In this document: in pieces, positions 22,401-37,201 of the stretch
How positions within the stretch are numbered: position 1 is the stretch's first letter
How the letters are laid out: every line of letters begins with the position of its first letter
From: Basidiobolus meristosporus CBS 931.73
Lineage: Eukaryota; Fungi; Basidiobolomycota
Assembly (NCBI GenBank): GCA_002104905.1
Contig: MCFE01000323.1
Location: forward strand, 30,943-94,942
Direction: 5' to 3'
DNA length: 64,000 nucleotides
The notes under the pieces: generated by a model
What the model was told of the DNA's origin: nothing
Seen by the model: the letters and a program-made list of their open reading frames with translations, nothing else
The model's database searches: none
Made by a program: the position numbers and the translations under genes

Positions 22401-24167
22401 AGCTACATTTTTGAATGAAGAAGTTGATGAGGATGTGTATATGGACCAGCCAGATGGGTTTGCTGACCAAGATAACCCCCAATTGGTTTGGAAGTGTAAA
22501 AATCTCTATATAGTCTCAAACAATCACCAAAAGCCTGGAACTGCAAAATAGATTCTTATTTGAGGTTTTTGACTTTTAAAAGGAGCAATGTGGACTATAG
22601 TATATACTAGGCTTTTTCCATTGCGCCATTGATCATAGTGCCAGAAAGTGCTCTATATTTTGTTATCAATTTGATATTTCAGGATCATATGCATGTCAAT
22701 TTTGATCCCAAATTGGCACTGTATGGCACCATCTGGCATGCTATGGCACTATTGGTCACTATAATCAGCTGGAATGATGGGACAAGTCTAGTATAAGCTA
22801 GATAGAGCAAATCTAGTTCCATTAGCTCTATATGTGGATGATCTTATTATAGCCTCCAATAACCTAGCAACATTGGAAGAGACTAAATCCAGCCTATCTA
22901 AGGAGTTCAAGATGTCCAATCTAGGAGAACTCAGTCACTACTTAGGGATTAATTTCTCCATAGACAGAAGTACCCAGACTAGCACTCTAAGTCAATCCAA
23001 GTATATTCAAGACATACTAAAGGAGTACCAAATGGAAGACTGTAAACTGGCAGCTACCCCAATGGAGACAAACCTTAACTTGGTCAAATTCAGCCAAATC
23101 AAGAGAGCTTGATACCATCTGAAAGCCCTGAATTTCCTTATCAATCTATGGCCAGCAGTCTGATGTATATCATGTTTGGAACATGTCCAGATATCCCATA
23201 TTCAGTGGGAGTTATCAGCCAACACAATCAAATCAATGGATATAATCATATTGCAGCAGTCAAGTGGATTTTTAGATACCTAAAAAGAAATGCTGATATC
23301 TGCTTAAGATACACTTATAAGGACTCAGAACAGGAACTTTTGGGATACTCTGATGCAAACTGGGGACAAAATTTGGAAGACAGAAGATCCACAATAGGAT
23401 ACACCTTTCTTTACTGTGAAGGAGCACTTTCATGGAGCCCAAGAAAGCAACCACCATCACACTTTCTACCACAGAGGCAGAGTACATGGCAGCCTGTAAA
23501 GCTACAAAAGAAGTAATGTGATTAAGAAAGCTTTTTACAGATTTAGGCCTATATCAAAACACACCAATTGCATTGTTTCAAGATAATCCAGGATGTATAC
23601 AATTAGGTAGAAATCCAACTTTTCTTGCTAGAACTAAGAACATAGATATCAGGCATCATTTCATATGTGAAACTATAGAGAATAACTTTTTTGCTTAGTT
23701 GACTGTCCTTCAGATGAAATTATTGCAGACATATTTACCAAACCATTAGCTAGAGGCAAACTTGAATATTTTAGGTCAAAATCAGGACTAGTCAGTATGA
23801 GCATTTAGCTGAGTGGAAGTGCTGTAAAATTTGTAATTCCACCTAAATATTCACCTAACTTTGTCACTTAGATTAATACATTCAAATCCTAAAAATTACT
23901 GACCAAATTTCTTGTTGGGATTTACTTATAATATTTTCACCAAAATACCAGGTACCCAGGACCTGAAAATTCTCAAAGTTGTCCAAACAGCCCCAAACTT
24001 TGCACACATGCTCTTGGGACCCTCCTTAATCTGTTTTATGTGCTTGTAATGCCAAGACCATGTAAAAGCATAAATATTACTTTTAGACTCAATAGATCAT
24101 TAAGTAAACACCTCATAATCTACTTGTCCTCCCAATCACTTCCAATATCTCCAAGACTCTTACAACA
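19437..24167 (+). mobile_element. Ty1/Copia family 1, decayed copy C (5' LTR truncated, 3' LTR 23820-24167)
   Basis: PBS GGTTTTGAGCCC at 19657; gag, PR, IN, RT and RH fragments with stops and frameshifts, homologous to 58190-62131. Confidence 0.9.
22609..22789. mobile_element. 181-bp MITE of the Pangu family, inserted in Copia RT
   Basis: Ends AGGCTTTTTCCATTG and GATGGGACAAGTCT, flanks ACT/AGT, internal TAGTGCC/GGCACTA repeats. The empty site TATATACTATAAG is seen in copies A and B. Confidence 0.85.
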
Positions 24168-24562
24168 ATACTGACTAGTCCTTATTCTGACTTGAAATAC
24201 TCAAGGTTGTCTCTGGCTAATGGCATGGTAAATATGAATGCATCCATTTCATCTCAAGGACTGCAAGCCAAGTTAACTTAGTTATTCTCTGAAGCTTCAC
24301 ATATGAGGTGATGTTTAGTATCTTTGTGATTAGTTCTGGCCTGAAAAGTTGGATTTCTACCCAATCTCATACATCCTTGATTATCTTGAAATACGGTAAT
24401 AGGTGTTTTTTAAAATATACTTAAGTTTTGAAATAGCTTTCTTAGCCACATCACATTTTTTGTAGCCTTGCAGGCTGCCATACACTCTGCCTCTGCAGTA
24501 GAAAGTGCTTTGGTTGGCTGCTTTCTTGAATTCCATGAAATTGCTCCCTTACAGTAAAGAAA
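24168..24562 (-). pseudogene. Copia-1 RNase H fragment in inverted orientation
   Basis: Reverse complement of the 61740-62120 region. Confidence 0.8.
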
Positions 24563-24563
24563 T

Positions 24564-24650
24564 ATACTTGCTCATTTGGATAGTGCCACATTGAGCCATC
24601 AGTGCCCAATAGTGCCATTGTGTGCCATTGAGGCCAAGTAGACCTACACT
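24564..24650. repeat. Degenerate Pangu left-end fragment
   Basis: AAT|ATACTTGCTCATTTGGATAGTGCCACA resembles AGACTTGTTCCATTGGATAGTGCCACA. Confidence 0.6.
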
Positions 24651-24759
24651 TGGCAACAGACTGTAATGCTTCATAAACTACATAAAATGCAGCCCTTATG
24701 TTTCATGTACTGTGCTGGAGAAAAGTCATTTTTTGACCTTTTTTTTAGGATCAATTTTG

Positions 24760-27700
24760 TACCTGACATCTAAGTGCACAGAAGGACTGAATATGGAGAC
24801 ACCTAAGCCTTGAGCATTAATCAGTTGAGCATTCACAATGTGTTGGTAATCAGTAAGGTAAGCCAATATTGGGTTGGATGGAACAAGTTGCTAATCCTTA
24901 CTAGTGCAACTTTACCAAAGTATACCAGGTACCTCCAGAGTATTAAACAATTTATCCACCATTCAATTTAAAAATCACACAAACATGAGCTGGAGCACAC
25001 ACTTAAATGAGACTAGAGTCAAGCCAAGGTAAAGAATATATTGGCCATGTAAAAAGAAGTGCTTTGCAGATATTCAGGAGGTATTGATTGCAAGAGATGT
25101 TATGTTCAACACCCCTTTGAGAAATGACTGCATTAATACTGTCAAAAGGCCTTCACAAATTCTAATCCTATGACTAAGCCAAACTAATTTCATTAGGGCA
25201 CCTTGTGAAGATTGTAAAAAATATTGTCCTCAGATTTCACACGCAACATGGTCAAAACTTTTCAGCACAACTATACCACTGTGAAAAATAATTGTGATGA
25301 TCCTGTCAAAAAGCAGTCACAAAGTTTAAACCCCATGACTTTGAGGTATTGATGCCATGGGGCCACTGTGTAAAGACTGTTTCAGGAATTGCACCTTTGA
25401 CTTCACAAAATTTCTGTTCAGAATTTTTCATCAGAACAATTTATAAGTGGCTTTGGATTAGCTCTGTGGCAATTCTTTACTTTATAATCTTGGACATGCA
25501 ACAGCCTCCTATGATTGTGTACACTGATTGGATATTGCCCTTTTTTGCACTCCTTACTTGATGACGCAGATAATGCTCTTACTTTTTCTCTCTATTATGT
25601 AATGCTACTGGCTGAGCATCCAACTCTTCTGAGAGCAGCTGTTGTCTTATTGATAATTCTTCTTGAATATTATGGGGTTCATATTGTTCTGGGTTGATAG
25701 TACTGATTGGTGGGCACTGCTGTATTTCTATTGCACTTCTCTGCCTCTGGCTTTGGTAGCCTTTTTTTCCTTTACCTACACCACACTCACAACCAGGTCT
25801 TTCACTGCAAATCTAATTGAGTGCTTCTTGTGTTGATCTATGTTTTCATATTGATAAATGATAGCTGGTACTATGTATCAGCAGACCAAGAAAGGGCCAT
25901 GCATTTTTGTGGCATGGTACATACCTCTGGAGCTAGATTCAGAGTACCATGCATAGTGAGTATCAAGTGCATGTCTTCAGTCAATATGTGCTTTTCCCAA
26001 TCATAAATAACTAGGTCCCATGAGTAGATCTGCCATCATGAGACCATTATTATATCAGCAGCTTGGAATTAATGGCCCTGTACAAAATCTCATAATGGGA
26101 TCATTACATCATTTGGCCAACTTTATTGCCTAATAAATCTAAAAAAATTACAGTGCTAAGCAGTGTCTTGCCAAGTGTAGCATGGCATTGTTGCAGTGTT
26201 AGAATGCTCTACAACTATCTGAGTGGATATAACCAGCCAGTACAGCCAATGCCTGATATGGCAAAAAATATGACTGCGTTTTGATGGCTTTATTGCAAGC
26301 CTCTAGTGGTATTGTTACAGCAGTCTCCATTCAGCCCAATATTGGCTTACCAAGATGATTACCTGTGCATTAGGGCTGCTTAGCTTCATAATGCCATAGA
26401 AATAGGTGTCTCCATGTGCATATCTGTCCTCAGTATTTTCCAACTCTTCCTGGTTTTTCTCCATGCACCAACTCATCACATTAGTGACAGACCTAAAGGT
26501 AATAAGCCTGATGAGATTGGGATATGGTAGTACTAGCAACTTGACTTGTCTTCCTACCACCCCACCCATCTACTACATAGGAAACTCCCAAAAGGTGAAG
26601 TAAGGTCTAATATTCTCAACACACCATACAAAATGGATTACTGAATGGACACAGTAGTGGCAGAGATATATGCATTCAGCTTTATGCTTGTAGTATGGCA
26701 ACTTAAATCCAATCACAAACTCCTGCACCAATGCTGTGGATGTGTATAGTTGGCATTGGTGATCTGCTTCTGGATAAGTATTACTACCATGTCCACATAT
26801 TACTTCAATGCTTCCAATGTACTCTTGGTAGATATGACTTCAGAAGGCCACTGGAAAAAGCATATTTCTACTCAAGAAGCGCTCAGTCAAAGTAGCAGTG
26901 AAGGACCAGGCAGTGATAAAAACCAGCAGCTACCTAGAGGGCTTGTCACAGCATGGGCTGCAAGCTCAAACCAGTGGGAAAGTGTGGTGAGCTTGCCTGC
27001 AGAGTACCAGCAAGAGACAAGCAGGCCAAAGCAGATGCATGAGAGTAGCATTAACCAAGGAGAAAATTTAGTTCAATACCAGAAGCACTCAGACAAAGTT
27101 GCAGTGAAAGACCTGGTGATGATAAATGAAAAGGTAAAGGGAAAAAAGTGTATTCAAGCCAGAGACAGGGAAGAGTTAGAGAAAAGCTGCAGGTTTTTCC
27201 AATTATCACTGTAAGCCCAGAATAGACTGAATCCTATCATTGCCAAGAAGAATTACCAGCAAGGAAACAGCTGTTTTCAAAAGAGTTGGAAGTGCAGCCA
27301 GCTGAGCTACATTGCAGTGTGGTAGATGAGTTTGCAGAGAAAGGCAATTTGTCTACCACAGCCTCCATGTCCTCCATTGTTCAAAGAGTGGAGATCCCAC
27401 CACAGAAAAAGTAACAACATCAAGAACTCAAAAGATTATCGCAATGCCTTCAATGGAATTCTGGAACATTAGTAGGCACACCAAGAGGTTGCTGCACTTC
27501 TTCAAGAGCAATGCTCATGAAAGCACACTAAATATTGCAAGGATTCATTGCAAAGACTGGTAGATGAGGTGTAAGACCTTGCAGAGCTGGCTGAAGACCA
27601 GCACATATGGGAACCAGTGAGTGAACAGTAACATAAAGCTTGTGATATTACATATACATGTGTATGTGTTGCCACAGCTTTTTTGATCATGCATACTATA

Positions 27701-30700
27701 GCAGGTCATCATTGAATCTTACAATCATGTAGGTGCAATGTCTCAGATACAAGACTGTCTTATGTTTGCATGAGTAATGACAAACAAAGTGATATAATAG
27801 CATGACATTGTTGAGTGCTGAGCTGTTTGCCCTATAGACAAGACTATTTTGATTCAACACCGTAAGAGAAGCAAGAAAAGTCCATGTGGCTATTGTAGCA
27901 AGCCTCTCAGCCATGAAGCAAGCAGTCAGCATAAGAGGTATTAAGAGGAACATGGCCAGTGTTTAGCTACACTGTGATATTTGACCATTTACTAGTCACC
28001 GCTGTACCTATACTATCTTGCTTGCCACTTGATACTTAATTACTTGCACCTGGCTGTACTTGTTACCTTGCTCAAACTGAGTCAAGAGAGTTTGTAATGT
28101 TTTAGGCTCACCCCAGTCTTCTGAACATGACAAGCAGAGTGATAGCACTGAAGAAGCCGGCTCACTGATTGATTATTAGCCTATCTTCCCTGACAACAGT
28201 ACCCTGCATGAGCCTGGCAAAATCCAATTATGCAATGAGACATTACCTGGGAAAAAATGCCAAGGATACTTCATGAGGTCACGTGAGCCCAGTAATCCAT
28301 CTACTGGTGAATGATTTGATGTTGTGGCTGGAGACATGATGCGTTTCATCTTATATCTGCAATGGGGGCGTTGAGGATTTACTACCACTTCTTGTCAAAA
28401 ACATGCTGGGATGTAACTTACTATATACTTGGTATAAATGGACAACTGCTGTCTGGATGGCAACATATGACCCTGAAACTGTCCTGATACCAGCAAGTGT
28501 TAGCTGCTGCATGGCATTCACATCAGAAAATGCCACTATTGCAATGTGTCCAGCTTGTCATGAACCCACCACTGTTGTGGGAAACCATTGTTCACACTCC
28601 AGATTTATTCCAGTAATACCCTGTCTAAAGAAGCTCATGCAGTCCAACAAATATTGCAAAGCTATAAAGTACCACACTCAGTATCCATCAAGCTCAGATA
28701 TATCTGATCTATTTGATGGAAATATTACAAATAGCTAAGAAGCAAAGGCTACCTTGAATGTATGTATGACCATGCCTTTGCCTTGGCCCTTGATGGATTC
28801 TCATTAAACAAGTGCACTACCAGCCAATCCAGCTGCCTACTAAATTGCCTCAACCTGCTTCTGCCACCTATCCTATAGTATCAGAGCCAAAATCCAGTTG
28901 TAATCTCTCTGGTACTTGGGCCTTGATCACTATCCACCTGGATACTACCTGAATCCATTGCTGGATGATTTTGTCAACTTTCCAGCTGGACAACAATAAA
29001 TGGCCATCATGTCAATGCTCACATTATTATCTGCATTGGAGATACCCAGCCAGCAGCAAGATAGCCAGCTTTTCTAGGCACAATGAACGGTATTGCTGTC
29101 AGATGCAAAGTTGGTAAGTTAAAGTCATTGGCTATAATATGGAATTAATTGCAAATCAGAGATACTCAAGATGGAGGATATCTCTTGGAGCAAAAGCTTT
29201 CCACTTAGAGCAATGCATCTGCTTTTTGGCAATACCCCCATACCAATAACCAAGATATATAGGGGATATTCCAAGCTAAATGGGTCCTTCAAGATACTGG
29301 AGAAATTTGAAAGAATTGGCAAGGTATTACAGAGTATAGGCTACCCTAAGCACTTCTCATGGGCTCCAATCAACATTCATATGCATATGCAACAATACAA
29401 GTGAAGGACTGAGTGAGCTGGATGTGTTTTTATTTGAGTGGCCTTCTGAAGCCATTTAAACCAAGATTACATTGGAAGCATTGGGAGTTATATGTGAACA
29501 TTGTAGGAAAATTTATCCAGAAGCAGATCACCAATGCCAACTTGACACATCTACAGCTGTTGTGTGAGGAGTCTGTAACAGGATTTGAGCAGCTATACTA
29601 CTATTGTTGGGGAAGATAGGCTCACAATCCATCAGCGAGTCTGCTTTTTCAGAGCTATCACTCTGCATTCCGTATTCAGAAGACTTGGGTGAGCCTAAAG
29701 GCATCACAAACTCACCTGACTCAGTTTGCTAATGGTGACAAGTATGACTAGGTACTGTTATAGAAGTATTGAGTAGCTGGCTAAATATTATTAGTACAGC
29801 AGTGAATGGTGCATGGCCAAATATGACTTTTGTGACAATACTCTAACACTGATCCTTACAATACTTCCTATGCTGTCTGTGTGTTTCATAGCTGAGAGGC
29901 TTGCTACAATAGCCACAGGGTCTTTTTTCTCTTTTTGTACAGTGCTAAATCAAAGTAGTCTTGTAAATGGGGTAAACAGCTTGACATTCAATAACAAAAC
30001 ACTATTTTATCACTTTTGGTCAATACTCATGCTTCTCTTATGGTATTGAATCAAAGTAGTCTTGGCCATGAGGTAAACAATTGGATACTCAACAATGTAA
30101 CAGTATTATATCCCTTTTTATCAATACTCATGTGAATTTGAGTCAGTCTTGTGCTTAAAATTTTGCACCTAAATGAATGTAAGAATTAGCAATGACCTGC
30201 CATGGTAAGCATCAGAGATAAAGTTGTGGCACCACAAACACACAAATATGTAACACCATTTCCCCTTTGGTTTGACTCACTTCCATATATACGCTGCCAA
30301 GAAATAAAGCAAAGTTGTATGGTTCTCAACTAATCCCACCTCTGACAGAAGCAGAAAAGGAGTTGGACAAAAGCTTGCTTTGACATTTAGTGAAACAAGC
30401 TGCGCTACAACCAAAAAGGGCCCTGTGAGCGGTGTGCCCACTGAAGGTAATAATGTGGGCTCCTCAAGCTTGCACTCAAGTAGGCAATTGGAATCTCTGC
30501 AGAGCCACAAGCTGACCATAATGCTGATGCAAATTTAGCAAAAGCAGTACCTTAAGATGAAGGCCAGCCTGTGTCCATTGAAACATCACCACCACCTGTA
30601 TCAGCAAATATATTGTTAGCTCTGCCAAAGCATTAATGAGGCAATTATGTGCAGTGGCTGATAGGATAGATGCAATGGCTTGCAGAAAACAGAAAAAAGT

Positions 30701-31030
30701 TCAGAAACAGGATGAGCAGAAAAAATGTCTAGAGCAATCACTATCCTAGGTAGAGAAAGCAGTATCTTTGCTGCGAAGAAGGAACTCAGGTAGCCAATAT
30801 TACAGGCATTCAGCTGTTTCTCAATGTAGCAGCAGAGGAACACAGTACAGTATTTGAAACACAACAACAGTGCCCAAAGAGAAAGCCTACCAGCACCCAC
30901 CACAGCATGTGAGGTAGAAAATTTAGTGCTTATACTGGACAGTACATCCAATTGCCTTATACGCCAAAATATTTGACAGTGTTTTGATGGCCTCACAGCA
31001 AGACTCTGATGGCATTGTAACAGCAGTATG
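24760..31030. mobile_element. Mosaic of decayed CACTA fragments in both orientations (left ends at about 25113 and 25277, reversed right end at about 25996, transposase pieces 26300-26900 and 27830-29600, ORF2 pieces 26880-27650 and 30280-30950)
   Basis: Piecewise homology to copies 1 and 3; internal boundaries are approximate. Confidence 0.7.
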
Positions 31031-34000
31031 GCAGCTTACATCTAGTTCAGTATAATGCTACCATACCAATTTACCTAATAGTATTTCCTTTTGCTACCTC
31101 CCCTTGTACAATTCATAGGGACCACAACAGCATTTTGCTAATTTTACTGCCAAATGAGGTTATTGTTACAAGTCTTGGTATATGGGTTGTAGAGGAAATA
31201 AGGAGTTTAGCTAATATTGAATTCACTAAAACTTGAACTGATTTTTATTGAGGTTCCAGCAGCTCCTTATATACATTTTGCCAGATCAAATGCTGGCTAA
31301 TTATATTTCCTAATGCAGGCTGTGGCTGGTGACTCATCTGATTGCATCATCATCACCCAATAAGATCCTACTTAATATATCTATTTCTGTCTGATAAGGA
31401 TCTGCTGATTCATTTGCTTACTAATGCTAATGATTTGATAGATATATTGATATATTGATAGGCTAAATATATAACTAGTTGATATGACTAAAAACTGATC
31501 TAACTTAAACATACAAGCAGTAGATCATAGGATTATAAACCTTGACAGGATTTGGTTGGTGATGTGAAAATGTTTACATAACATTGTTGCAGTCTTATTG
31601 ACCTCTACAAGTATTGTAAATGGATCCAATTAGCCAGTAAATCCAATTGCATTATATGGCAAAAAACATAATGGTGTCTTGACAGCCTCTTTGCAGGCCT
31701 TTGATGGCATCATCACAGCAGTATGGTGGCCTATAGCTTGCTATATATAATGCTACCATACCAATTTACCAAATGGTATTACCTTTTTCTACCTCCCCTT
31801 GTGCAACTCATATATTCCACTGTAGAATCACCCCTCTTTATTTGCTTACCCACTACTACCTTGGGTATTCCACACATATTTTGAATCAAAAAAAACTATG
31901 GTCTCCTGCTTATTAACCTCTACAAACATGCACACCTGCTGCAATTGACATACTTTTATCAACTCAACTTTACAGCTTTTTAGTGTGATGCTTGCAAAGT
32001 TGCCATATATCTTGTAATGCTGGTAGCATATACATCTTGCAAACATATGCTTGGTTGCCACCACTTCTGCTATGAATACCTCCGGAATATCTGCAAAGAA
32101 CTTTTTGGTACTTAGCCAATATATTCCTTCTCCCAGCTGGGCTCTAGTCCCCCTTATAGGTGCATTCTGGCTCTTCTTTGTGTAAAATCTGTATTGAATG
32201 GTGTAGAACTTGGCTTGTATCCAAAAGAAAGTCAGCATACATTGGTAGAGTTTTCCTAATAAAAATTAGGTGGTTGTTGCATCCAGCCCAACTTTGCATT
32301 AACAAACTGTTTACCCATGTATTGGGGCTGCTTAGTTTCTCAATGCCATGGGCATAGGTGTCTCCATGTGCACATTGGTCCTCAGTATTTTCCAGCTCTT
32401 CCTGGCTGTCCTCCAGGTGCCAACACATGATATTCATGACGGATTGGAAGGTAGTATTCTTGATGAGATAGGGATATGGTAGTTCCTGCAACTTGACCTC
32501 TATTTGTGTCTCCCCACACTTCTGCTCCATAAGAAACTCCCAAAAGATGTAGCAAGGTCCAGCATTCTCAATAAATCAAGCAAGATGGAGTTGCAAATGG
32601 ATATAGTAGCAGCAGAGATCCATGAATTCAGATTTATGTTTGTAGTATTGCCACTCAAATTTCATTACAAGCTCTTTCCACAAAAGCTGTAGATGTGCCA
32701 AGTTGGCATTGGTGATCCACTTCTGGATAAATTATCCAACAATTTCCACTTAAGACTCCCAATGCTTCCAATGCAATCTTGGTAGATATGGCTTCAGAAG
32801 GCCACGCAAATAAAAACACATCTAACTCATTCAGTCCTTCACTTGTATTGTTGCATATGCATATGAATGTTGATTGGAGCCCATGTGAAGTACTGAGGGT
32901 AGCAGATACTCTGTAATATCTTGCCAATACTTTTGATTTTCTCCAGTATATCAAAGCACTCATTTAGCTTGAAATTCCCAATGTTGCACTTGGTCATCAG
33001 TATTGGGATATTGTTAACAAGTAAATGCTGTGCTCCTAGTAGAAAGCTTTTGCTTAACTTATCAACTTTGCTTCAATTGTATATTGACTTCTGTATGTTC
33101 TCTCTGCGGAAAGATGATATTCTTAATGTTGGAGTTTAGGCTATAATAATGTGTGTGAGTTATGGAGTATGTCTCCTGGATCTCACAAACTTGATTGTAA
33201 TACTGTACATTGTGCCCAGAAAGGCTGGCTATCTTGCTGATAGCTGATGTATCTCCAATGCAGATAATAACATGTGCTTTTACATGACAGCCATGTACTG
33301 TTATCCTGCTGGAAGTAGATAAAATTCTTCCAGCAATGGATACAGGTAGCTATTTAGGTTGGATGATAATTTAGGCCTGGTTACCAGTGCGACTACCATC
33401 AGATTTGTGCTTTGATACCATAAAATAGGAGGCAGATTTGGATTGATGAGAATCAATGGCCAGCAGGATTTGCTGGTACAGTACTTGTTTAATGAGAATC
33501 CACCAAGTGCCAAGGCAAAGACATGGTCATACATACCATCAAAGTAGCCCTTGCTTCTTAGCTGTTTGTAATGTTTGCCATCAAATATATCTGAAATGCT
33601 CATGCTTGATTGATACTAAGTGAGGTACTTTATAGCTTTGCAATATATGTTGGACTGCATGAGCTTTGTTATACAGGGTATTACTGGAAAATATCTAAAG
33701 TATTAACAATCTTTTCCCCATATGGTGGTTAATTCCTGACAAGTTGGACACCATGGAATGGAGGCATTTTATGATGTGAATGCCATGCAACTGTTAACAC
33801 ATGCTGGTATTATAATGGTCTCTGGGTCATATTTTGCTAGGCTCATGATGGTATTCCATTTATACCATGTACAAGGTAAGTGGCATCCCAGGATAATTTG
33901 CCAAGAAGTAGCAGTAAATACTTAGTAGTAAATACTTCCTGTGCTGTCTGCATGCTTCATGGCAGAAAGGCTTGCTACAATAGCCACATAGTCTTTTTTA

Positions 34001-34760
34001 TCTTCTCTTACAGTGCTGGGTCAAAGTAGTCTTGTCATGGGGCAAACAGTTTGACCATCATCAACATAATGCTATTATATCACTTTCTGGTCAATACTCC
34101 TGTGGACTTAAGACAGTCTTGTATTTAAGGAAAATATAGCAAAGTTGTCTGGTTCCCAACCAAACCCCACTGCTGACAGCAGCAGAAAAATGGTTGGTCA
34201 ACATCTTGCTTTGACATTCAGTGCAACAAGCAGGGCTACAACCAAAAAAACCCTGTAGACATGTGCCCACTGAAGGGAAGAGTGCAGACTCCTTGGGCTC
34301 CCAGTCAGGTAGGCAATTGGGAATCTTTGTGGTGCCTCAAGCTGACTATATTGCTGAAGCAGATGAGAATGCAGCAAAAGTAGTACTTTCAGTTGTAGAC
34401 CAGCCAGTGGCTGTCATAACATAACCACCATCCATGTTAGCAAGTATATTGTCCGCTCATACTAAAGCATTAGTGAGTCAATTAAGGGCAGTGGCTGATA
34501 GGATAGATGCAATGGGATAAAGCTGTAGGTTTCCTGCCAAAGCTGAGGAAGCAGAGCATTACAGCAGGAATACTTATTGAGTGGAGGACTTAATGGAGTT
34601 ACTTGTTGAGGGTGGGGTTGAGCTTAATGTTAGTGTAGGGTATAGGGACTTGAATAGGTCAATACAAGTGGCAATTGAGGTGCAACTGAAGTTTCAAAGG
34701 AAATAAATCAATTTGTATACGTGAAAAATAAAAGAATCAGTTAAGTGAGGTAGTAAGGAG
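31030..34760 (-). mobile_element. Decayed CACTA copy, minus orientation, with internal deletions
   Basis: ORFs 31846..32238, 32144..32530 and 33301..33603 are transposase pieces; ORF2 remnants at 34150-34760. Confidence 0.8.
31164..31583 (-). repeat. Solo LTR, family X (420 bp); second partial copy at 42502-42858
   Basis: TGTTA...TAACA termini; two diverged copies in the window. Confidence 0.7.
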
Positions 34761-35419
34761 TGTACCACAGTGCAGGATAGCAGTCAACTACTTTATGCTC
34801 ACATGACTGATCTCTTATCCATGTTACATTAGATCATTAGTTGGTTTAGCTCTGAGCAAAAAGGTCCACTGATGAGTAGTGAGCTAGTCTCCCCTCACAA
34901 TAAATCTAACCACATGATCAGCAAACCAAAATATCTGATGTAACAGCATCTTTAGAGAGACTGTCAAGGGTTTTCTATAGATCCAAGTGAGCCCAGTAAG
35001 CAGTCTACTAGTACAAGATGGGATGTTGTCACCAGAGATCTTGGGAGCTCACATCAGTATCTGCAATGGAGGCTTTGGGTACTCACTGCTGCTTCTTATA
35101 AAAATCAATCTGGGATGCCACCTACTGTGTATGTGGTGCAACTGGCAATGTATGCTATAGAAGCCATCCCAATTCCCACATTTACTAACAATTGCATGGC
35201 AATGATTGTATCAAAGTAAAAGGTACAAAACAAGTCTTGATTGGCTTAACTGAACCATAGATATATAATGAAGTGCACAATCTGAGAGTTGTCAGACAGT
35301 GGCAGAAGTAGTTGTGAAATAGTTATGGTGTAATATTGATCACTGAAATAGCTGTGCTTAGGTATCCATGCAACATTGCTGATTTGCTACACAAGCTAGG
35401 CTTGGTGCTACTTAGACTA

Positions 35420-37201
35420 CACTGATACTTATCATTTTGGTTACCATCACTCCAATTGGATGATATCTCAGTGGTTAATTGGTCCAAAAGTATCCTGAAG
35501 CTTTCAGCTCCCAATTGGCTCTTAGACCAATACACAAGCTACCTGATTTGCCATCAAATATCCCATTTTGTCCATTAAGCAAGTAAATCCCTGATCCTGG
35601 TGATTGGACAAGGTGTCATAGCTAGCACATGACCAATTGTATGGGTGCAAATCAGATCAAATGGCTGCACTGGTGCCACAGATGATATATACATATGCAG
35701 GGTGTTTATTTATAGGGGTCCTGTCTCAAATGTGAGACAACCTTGATATTGCTTATATCAAAAGTTTGGTGATCACTGATTTGTGATGGCTTGATGACGA
35801 TTGCAAAAAAGATGCATTGTTTGGATCATTACAAATAATAGCAATTCAATGCAATTGCATCATCTTCTGCTAGGCTTTTTCCTCACAAGGATTGTTACTG
35901 AAGCATTTGGTAGTGATTCACATTGTATTTGGATCCTAGTGATTATTCATGGTGTCACAGCTAGCACGCAATCAATTGTATAGGTGCAAATCAAATCAAA
36001 TGGCTGCACTGGTGCTACAGATGATTTATACATAAGCAGGATGTTTCCATATAGGGGTCCTGTCTCAAGTGTGAGATGACCTTGATATTTTTTATATCAA
36101 AAATTCAATGATCACCAATTTGCAGTGGCTTGATGTGGATTGCAAAAAAAATGTGTTGTTTGGATCCTGACAAATAATAGCAACTCAATGCAATTGCATC
36201 ATCTTCTCCTAGGTTTTTTTCTCACAGGGATTACTGCAGAAGCATTTGGTAGTGCTTCACTTTGCACACCTATACTACCTTCTTGTTGACTATCCTCTTG
36301 GCTACTTGTGTTATTGTTGTCAGTATTTTGCCTGCTAGTTGATGAGTGCAATGCTGCAACTTGGCTGTGCTGAATTGCTCAGGATGATGCAACTGAGCCT
36401 GCCTGCAGTGCTATATGCTGACACATTTTTTACTTGCCAATGGTCTGGTGGTGGAAGCACTTCATGTGGGTCATCATCAGTCAGCTCACCAGAAGAAACT
36501 TGCTGATGGTCAGGTGTAATGGCACGTGCAGAAACAACTTGATGCGCCAGCATGGCCCTTGGCTGAGTTTGATGTGATATAACTTGCTGATGCAACTTGG
36601 CCCACTCCAATGAACTTCTGTTTTTTGGAGCAGTTTGGGGGTTCTGGTGGTTTTGCTCTGAAGTGTGTGTGTTGGCCCAAAATGCATTGATTTGATGAGC
36701 GGCACTCTTGTGATGGGTGTGGGTGTAGTTTGGACTGACATGCACTGGTGTGCTGAAGTTGCAAGGGATGGTAAGGAATCCTGCAAAGCATGCTGGTGCA
36801 ATCTCAATGCTGTTGCTTGAGGTCTGTATTCTTCCTCTTGAAGCTCACCTTCTGATTCCTTAAGGTATTCACTTACCCTCTGTCTGATACCTTAGAACTA
36901 TTGCCTGGATGAGTCCTGTGTATATTGCTCTTGGAAGCCACCTAGCTCTACTAATATATCAAGTAATACATTAGTCATTTCAGGCAAAAACTCAATTAAA
37001 ATCTTTCTGGTTGCCAAAGTTGAGGCACAAATGGACACGTCTGGCCTATACTTAGCAAACTGCATGCAAAATTGTGCCCGCACAGCTTCCTCAGTAAATC
37101 CCCTCACCCTCTGCTCATTCTTGATCTCAGTACTTGTCTTGTTATATCTTCTTAAATACATCTGCTGGCATCTTGATGTAGAACTCATGCCACAGCTTTC
37201 T
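35420..37201 (-). mobile_element. Pangu copies C/D: ORF3 region, tandem ~340-bp duplication of the ORF3 promoter region, ORF2 remnant
   Basis: Reverse-complement homology to 3950-5400; the 35580-35920 block recurs at 35930-36260. Confidence 0.8.

Noticed and set aside
35221-35240. GGTACAAAACAAGTCT resembling a Pangu right TIR
   Set aside because: The flank is TGA rather than ANT, the orientation is wrong for adjacent copy C, and upstream homology is absent.
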